A DNA stretch of 62,464 nt, the filler included, from an uncultured bacterium (GTDB taxonomy: Bacteria > Hinthialibacterota > Hinthialibacteria > Hinthialibacterales > Hinthialibacteraceae): assembly GCA_964449065.1 (NCBI GenBank). It is 15 parts of 15 records of this genome, joined end to end, with 100 filler letters (N's around TTAATTAATTAA, not from the genome) between each part and the next. Parts side by side here need not be neighbours in the genome. Positions count along the whole stretch, not along the records: positions 58,529 to 62,464 come from CAYVAZ010000418.1; 14 more parts are not named here. One strand, given 5' to 3'. Below, piece after piece: positions 58,804 to 62,464 of the stretch (positions are counted from its first letter, which is position 1; each line of letters begins with the position of its first letter). The notes under the pieces are model-generated. The model was not told the DNA's origin. It saw nothing but the letters and a program-made list of their open reading frames with translations, and did no database searches. A program made the position numbers and the translations under genes.

Positions 58804-59907
58804 TTACTTCTTCGATGCAAACATGCCGGTTGCGGTTGTGGTTTTATTGCCGTCCGCGGTTTTCTTGATGACCAGTTCACCGAGCAGCTTTGGGCCGTTC
58901 TTCTTGGTTTTTTCGGATATAGATACGCTCTCGCGGGGTTTATTTGTTTCTCCACGGTGGGGGTGATCTCCCAAATAGCCGCCGCTGTATTCCACATCAA
59001 TTTCAAAGAGTTGAAGCAGGAGTTTGTCGGAATAGACGCTGCCGCGAAGATAATTCACATCGGTTTGGGTACCCCACAAGGCGCCGTGGACAATTTGCCA
59101 AATGCCGTCGTGCTGCATCACGGTGATGCGGTGGTGCTCTCCGCAGAGATAGGCATCGACGCCGTAATCGATCATGGTTTTCCAAAAGCCGGTATCGGTT
59201 CCGCCTTCCAGCATATTGGCGCTGGAATTTTTACTTTTAACCGGCCCGACAACCGGGACATGGCCTTGCACAATGATGAAGTCTTTATCTTGGTAATGCT
59301 CAAGCGTGTCTTTCAGCCATTCGAGTTGTTTGCCGGATACGGTCATGGACATACGGTCGCCCGCGTCTTCGAAGGTATCAACGGTTATGACGGCGATGTT
59401 TTCATATTCGAAGTGGTAAGCGAGTCCCTTTTTGTGTTCGGGGCCATTGAAGGGAAAATCGAAGATGATGGAAAATTGTTCGGCAAATACGGGTGCCAGT
59501 TCCATGATCTCCAAGCCTTGGTCGTCGCCGTATTCGTGGTCTCCCGGAGCAATATACAGATCAATCCCTTTATCTTTGAAGCGTTTTTTAAATCCGCCCC
59601 AATATTGGCTGGTTTTGATGATGACTTCTTCCTTGCTTTCCCACCAACGGGCGTCCATAATATCGCCGGCGTTGAGGGAGAAGGCGGGGCCCTCGGTTTT
59701 CATCCCTTCCAGAAACCAGTCCATGGCGTCTTCCCAGCCGGGTTGGGGGTAATCGATATTCCAATTGTAGAGATCGGGGAAACTCGTGAAGTGAAAGTTG
59801 GCGCCGTTGTCGGATGTAGGGAACTGAAACGGTTCCTCTTGAGAATGTGATAGAACCGGTGACAGTAAAAAACTCAAAAATACAGCAATCATAATAACAT
59901 TTTTCAT
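58804..59907 (-). CDS. Secreted calcineurin-like metallophosphoesterase
   Basis: 'AGDIMD', 'APGDHE', 'VQGH', 'YLCGEHH'; GGGAGG RBS. Confidence 0.85.
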   Translation of the reverse strand: MKNVIMIAVFLSFLLSPVLSHSQEEPFQFPTSDNGANFHFTSFPDLYNWNIDYPQPGWEDAMDWFLEGMKTEGPAFSLNAGDIMDARWWESKEEVIIKTSQYWGGFKKRFKDKGIDLYIAPGDHEYGDDQGLEIMELAPVFAEQFSIIFDFPFNGPEHKKGLAYHFEYENIAVITVDTFEDAGDRMSMTVSGKQLEWLKDTLEHYQDKDFIIVQGHVPVVGPVKSKNSSANMLEGGTDTGFWKTMIDYGVDAYLCGEHHRITVMQHDGIWQIVHGALWGTQTDVNYLRGSVYSDKLLLQLFEIDVEYSGGYLGDHPHRGETNKPRESVSISEKTKKNGPKLLGELVIKKTADGNKTTTATGMFASKK

Positions 59908-59964
59908 TATATTCCTCCCAAATTTTATTAAAATATCAGTGTTCTCTTTGCCTCTGTAGTTCAT

Positions 59965-61164
59965 TTAATTCGTTGGGTTTTCGTACCAGATGACACCAAG
60001 TAGATCGCGCTCTTCACAGGTGAGTAAATCCAAATCGCCGTCGTTGTCGAGGTCAATCATTTCAATCCGGTCGAATTTGATGCCTTTGTTGTCTGAGATG
60101 GGATGATGCCTCCATACTCTTTCAGTAGGATAGTCTTTGTATGACAGCCACATGATGCCTTGCTTTTCGGCTTTTTCGGACGTGAAGGCGATATCCAATT
60201 TGCCGTCAAGATTGACATCGACGACGGAGACGGCTTTGCCTATCCCTGCATCCTCGGGGATATCAATCGGATAAATTTCCCAATGCGGCCGTTTGAAGAT
60301 CGATGTGCATTTCATGAGGATGATTTGTTTGGTGTATACCGCGGCTACTACATCCATCAAAGAATCTTGATCGATATCTTCCATATCCATGAACATGACT
60401 TCTACATCCGAACCCCCGATGGGGATATCTTCCCACATGTTTTTCCGCGCGTCAGTATCTCCTGGATTGCGCAGCCATTTGCAGCCGCGGTTTTCTCCTT
60501 TGCGGTCGGATATGACAATATCAACATTCCCATCTTCATCCATATCGTGGGTTCGAATGGACATGATCCAACCGGCATCATACATGCGGTGGAATTTCCA
60601 CTCGGATAAGTCGCGGGGATTCTTTGGAGATTCCAGCCAGCCGACCGATGCGTTTTCGCCTTTGGAACCGACGATGAGGTCGATTCCGTTTTTGCCATCC
60701 AACTGCATGGGATAGCAGTACATCCAGCGCTGGGTGTTTTCGGTCACGGGGATGACTTCCGTTTTCCAGGCATCAGCGTTGAGATAATTATCCTTGTTTT
60801 TGGGTGCCCAGTGGACAAATAATTTTTGCTCATCCCCTTCGCAGCTGCTAACCACATCCATATTGCCGTCATGATCGATATCGGCGAATACGGCATCTTC
60901 GGGCGCGTCGACTTCTCCAACCGTAACCATCGGCCAAGGCTGCTTTACTTTGTCATAGCCTGGGTTGATGTAAACACGCACCAAGCCGCCTTCTTCCCAG
61001 CCGGTGGCGATATCCATGAGGCCGTCGCCGTTGGCATCGGCCAAGCGTACGCCGTCCGCGCCCCGGGAGGTGTCATCTATGGTATGGCGTTTCCAGTAGG
61101 TTTCTTTATTTGCAAATGAAATTAATGTGACAGAAACAAATAGTATTAAGTAAAAATACTTCAT
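59965..61164 (-). CDS. FG-GAP/VCBS-repeat secreted protein
   Basis: Repeated 'DxNGDGxxDI' motifs; ends 'WYEN'. Confidence 0.88.
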   Translation of the reverse strand: MKYFYLILFVSVTLISFANKETYWKRHTIDDTSRGADGVRLADANGDGLMDIATGWEEGGLVRVYINPGYDKVKQPWPMVTVGEVDAPEDAVFADIDHDGNMDVVSSCEGDEQKLFVHWAPKNKDNYLNADAWKTEVIPVTENTQRWMYCYPMQLDGKNGIDLIVGSKGENASVGWLESPKNPRDLSEWKFHRMYDAGWIMSIRTHDMDEDGNVDIVISDRKGENRGCKWLRNPGDTDARKNMWEDIPIGGSDVEVMFMDMEDIDQDSLMDVVAAVYTKQIILMKCTSIFKRPHWEIYPIDIPEDAGIGKAVSVVDVNLDGKLDIAFTSEKAEKQGIMWLSYKDYPTERVWRHHPISDNKGIKFDRIEMIDLDNDGDLDLLTCEERDLLGVIWYENPTN

Positions 61165-62033
61165 TCGATGATCCCCCTGACTTTGAACCAATCGATAATT
61201 CTGGGCGGATATGAAGATAGCACGGCATGGTCCGGCGCGAGGCCGAAACCGTGTTTGCCCGGCTCATAGATGTGCATTTCTGCCGGGACATTTGCGTTTC
61301 GGAGTGCCATATAGAACAAGATGCTGTTTTCAGGTGGCACTCCGGTATCGTTGTAGGTGTGCATCAAAAAGGTAGGGGGATTCCCGGACGTGACTTGCAG
61401 TTCATTAGAGAGTTTTTTGACCAATTCTTCATCCGGGTTTTCACCGAGCAGATTACGCCTTGATCCTTTATGGGTGTATTTTGTCGTGAAGGATATGACG
61501 GGATAGATGAGGACGGCGAAATCCGGGCGGGAGCTGTGTTTATCGATCGGGTCTTCTTCACTGGGATTAACGGTTTCGTGATGCGTTGCCACGGTTGAAG
61601 CGAGATGGCCGCCCGCGGAGAAGCCGAGGATGCCGACTTTGTTGGGATCAATGTTCCACTTTTCAGCATTGTGCCGAACGGTGCGAACCGCGCGTTGGGC
61701 ATCCATTTGCGGGATGGGGTGGCGGTAGGGGCTGTAGCGATAGCGGGTGATGATTCCGGCGATGCCGTGGCTATTGAGCCATTCGGCGACTTGATAGCCC
61801 TCGTGATCAACTGCCAAATGTCCGTAGCCTCCGCCTGGGTAAATGACTACCGACGCGCCGGTATTGTTTTCTTCCGGCAAATGTACGCTGATGGCGGGGA
61901 TGTCTTGATCGGTATCACCTTTTTGGCCGGGAGCGCCGGTTTCCCAGAGAGGCACCCAGTTATCGTCTTGCGCTTGTATGGCCGCGTTTCCAATTAAACA
62001 AAGCAGAGTAATGGCAATGGATATCGGTTTCAT
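61161..62033 (-). CDS. Alpha/beta hydrolase (xylan esterase/BD-FAE-like)
   Basis: 'PGGGY', nucleophile 'GFSAGGH', 'PDFAVLIYP', 'HGFGL'. Confidence 0.9.
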   Translation of the reverse strand: MKPISIAITLLCLIGNAAIQAQDDNWVPLWETGAPGQKGDTDQDIPAISVHLPEENNTGASVVIYPGGGYGHLAVDHEGYQVAEWLNSHGIAGIITRYRYSPYRHPIPQMDAQRAVRTVRHNAEKWNIDPNKVGILGFSAGGHLASTVATHHETVNPSEEDPIDKHSSRPDFAVLIYPVISFTTKYTHKGSRRNLLGENPDEELVKKLSNELQVTSGNPPTFLMHTYNDTGVPPENSILFYMALRNANVPAEMHIYEPGKHGFGLAPDHAVLSSYPPRIIDWFKVRGIIE

Positions 62034-62167
62034 TTTGTCTCCCCAATGGTATCGTTGATTTATCCAGTATAGGAAAATAAATGCGGTTTGCAATTGTTCT
62101 GGTATCGTATTTGTATTGCGATATAATTTATTACACAAAAAAATACGGAAATTCCAAGGCACGAATT

Positions 62168-62383
62168 ATGAGCAATAAAGATGCTGTAATCATTCCCAAA
62201 AGTGAAGAACAAAAAGACTTGAAATTTTCGATCATTACACAAGATGAACTTGAATATGCTAAATCCTTGCTGGGTTCCTGCAAAGAGATGAGCGTTGAAG
62301 AGATTCGGAAAATGACTGAAAAAAGAATGCAAGGGAACCGTATTTCGGATACGATTCGGCAAGAATGGAATGAAGGTTGGTAA
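62168..62383 (+). CDS. Small protein, VapB-like antitoxin candidate
   Basis: 71 aa; ends 'ISDTIRQEWNEGW'; a PIN-like start follows 3 nt later. Confidence 0.5.
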   Translation: MSNKDAVIIPKSEEQKDLKFSIITQDELEYAKSLLGSCKEMSVEEIRKMTEKRMQGNRISDTIRQEWNEGW

Positions 62384-62410
62384 TCTGTGGCTGAATGGAT
62401 GTTTTTTTTA

Positions 62411-62464
62411 CTGATGTTACGCAATCCATGAATGTCTATTGCTTGAAAAATGGTTTTTGTTGTG
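62411..62464. mobile_element. Family-1 MITE end (TTA + CTGATGTTACGCA)
   Basis: Reverse complement closely matches 21327-21380. Confidence 0.78.

Noticed and set aside
58723..59850. 375-aa plus-strand ORF
   Set aside because: Antisense shadow of the metallophosphoesterase

Overview
This window is not one locus. It is 15 contigs of about 3.9-4.2 kb, sorted by decreasing length and joined by artificial 100-nt spacers (N44-TTAATTAATTAA-N44). Ten contigs (8527-25308, 29609-33697, 37974-46178, 50383-62464) share moderate GC and the same dispersed repeat families, so they look like one host. A C-terminal '...SHVEGWEAY' motif hints at Ca. Hinthialibacterota/Sumerlaeota-like bacteria (inference). Five contigs look foreign: a high-GC alphaproteobacterial-like peroxidase-RTX/polysaccharide contig, an RHS contig, a myxobacterial-like tRNA/ECF contig, and two AT-rich Bacteroidota-like contigs that break at IS21-type ends. 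Most genes are housekeeping or carbohydrate-related (holB, dnaJ, cbpAM, mdh, glnB, plsY, four tRNAs, epimerases, sulfatase). The most notable signals are: (1) a Septu-like ATPase+HNH pair whose ATPase has degenerate catalytic motifs, followed by a putative winged-helix regulator, a palindromic operator/promoter and an orphan gene; (2) two families of TTA/TAA-targeting miniature inverted-repeat elements that carry REP-like hairpins and have apparently disrupted a RAYT transposase and a probable VapC toxin; (3) several decayed toxin-antitoxin modules; (4) a frameshifted, signal-peptide-bearing RHS protein in a rhodanese/MauE operon; (5) two unusual enzyme fusions. All family calls come from motif recognition by eye; no searches were run.
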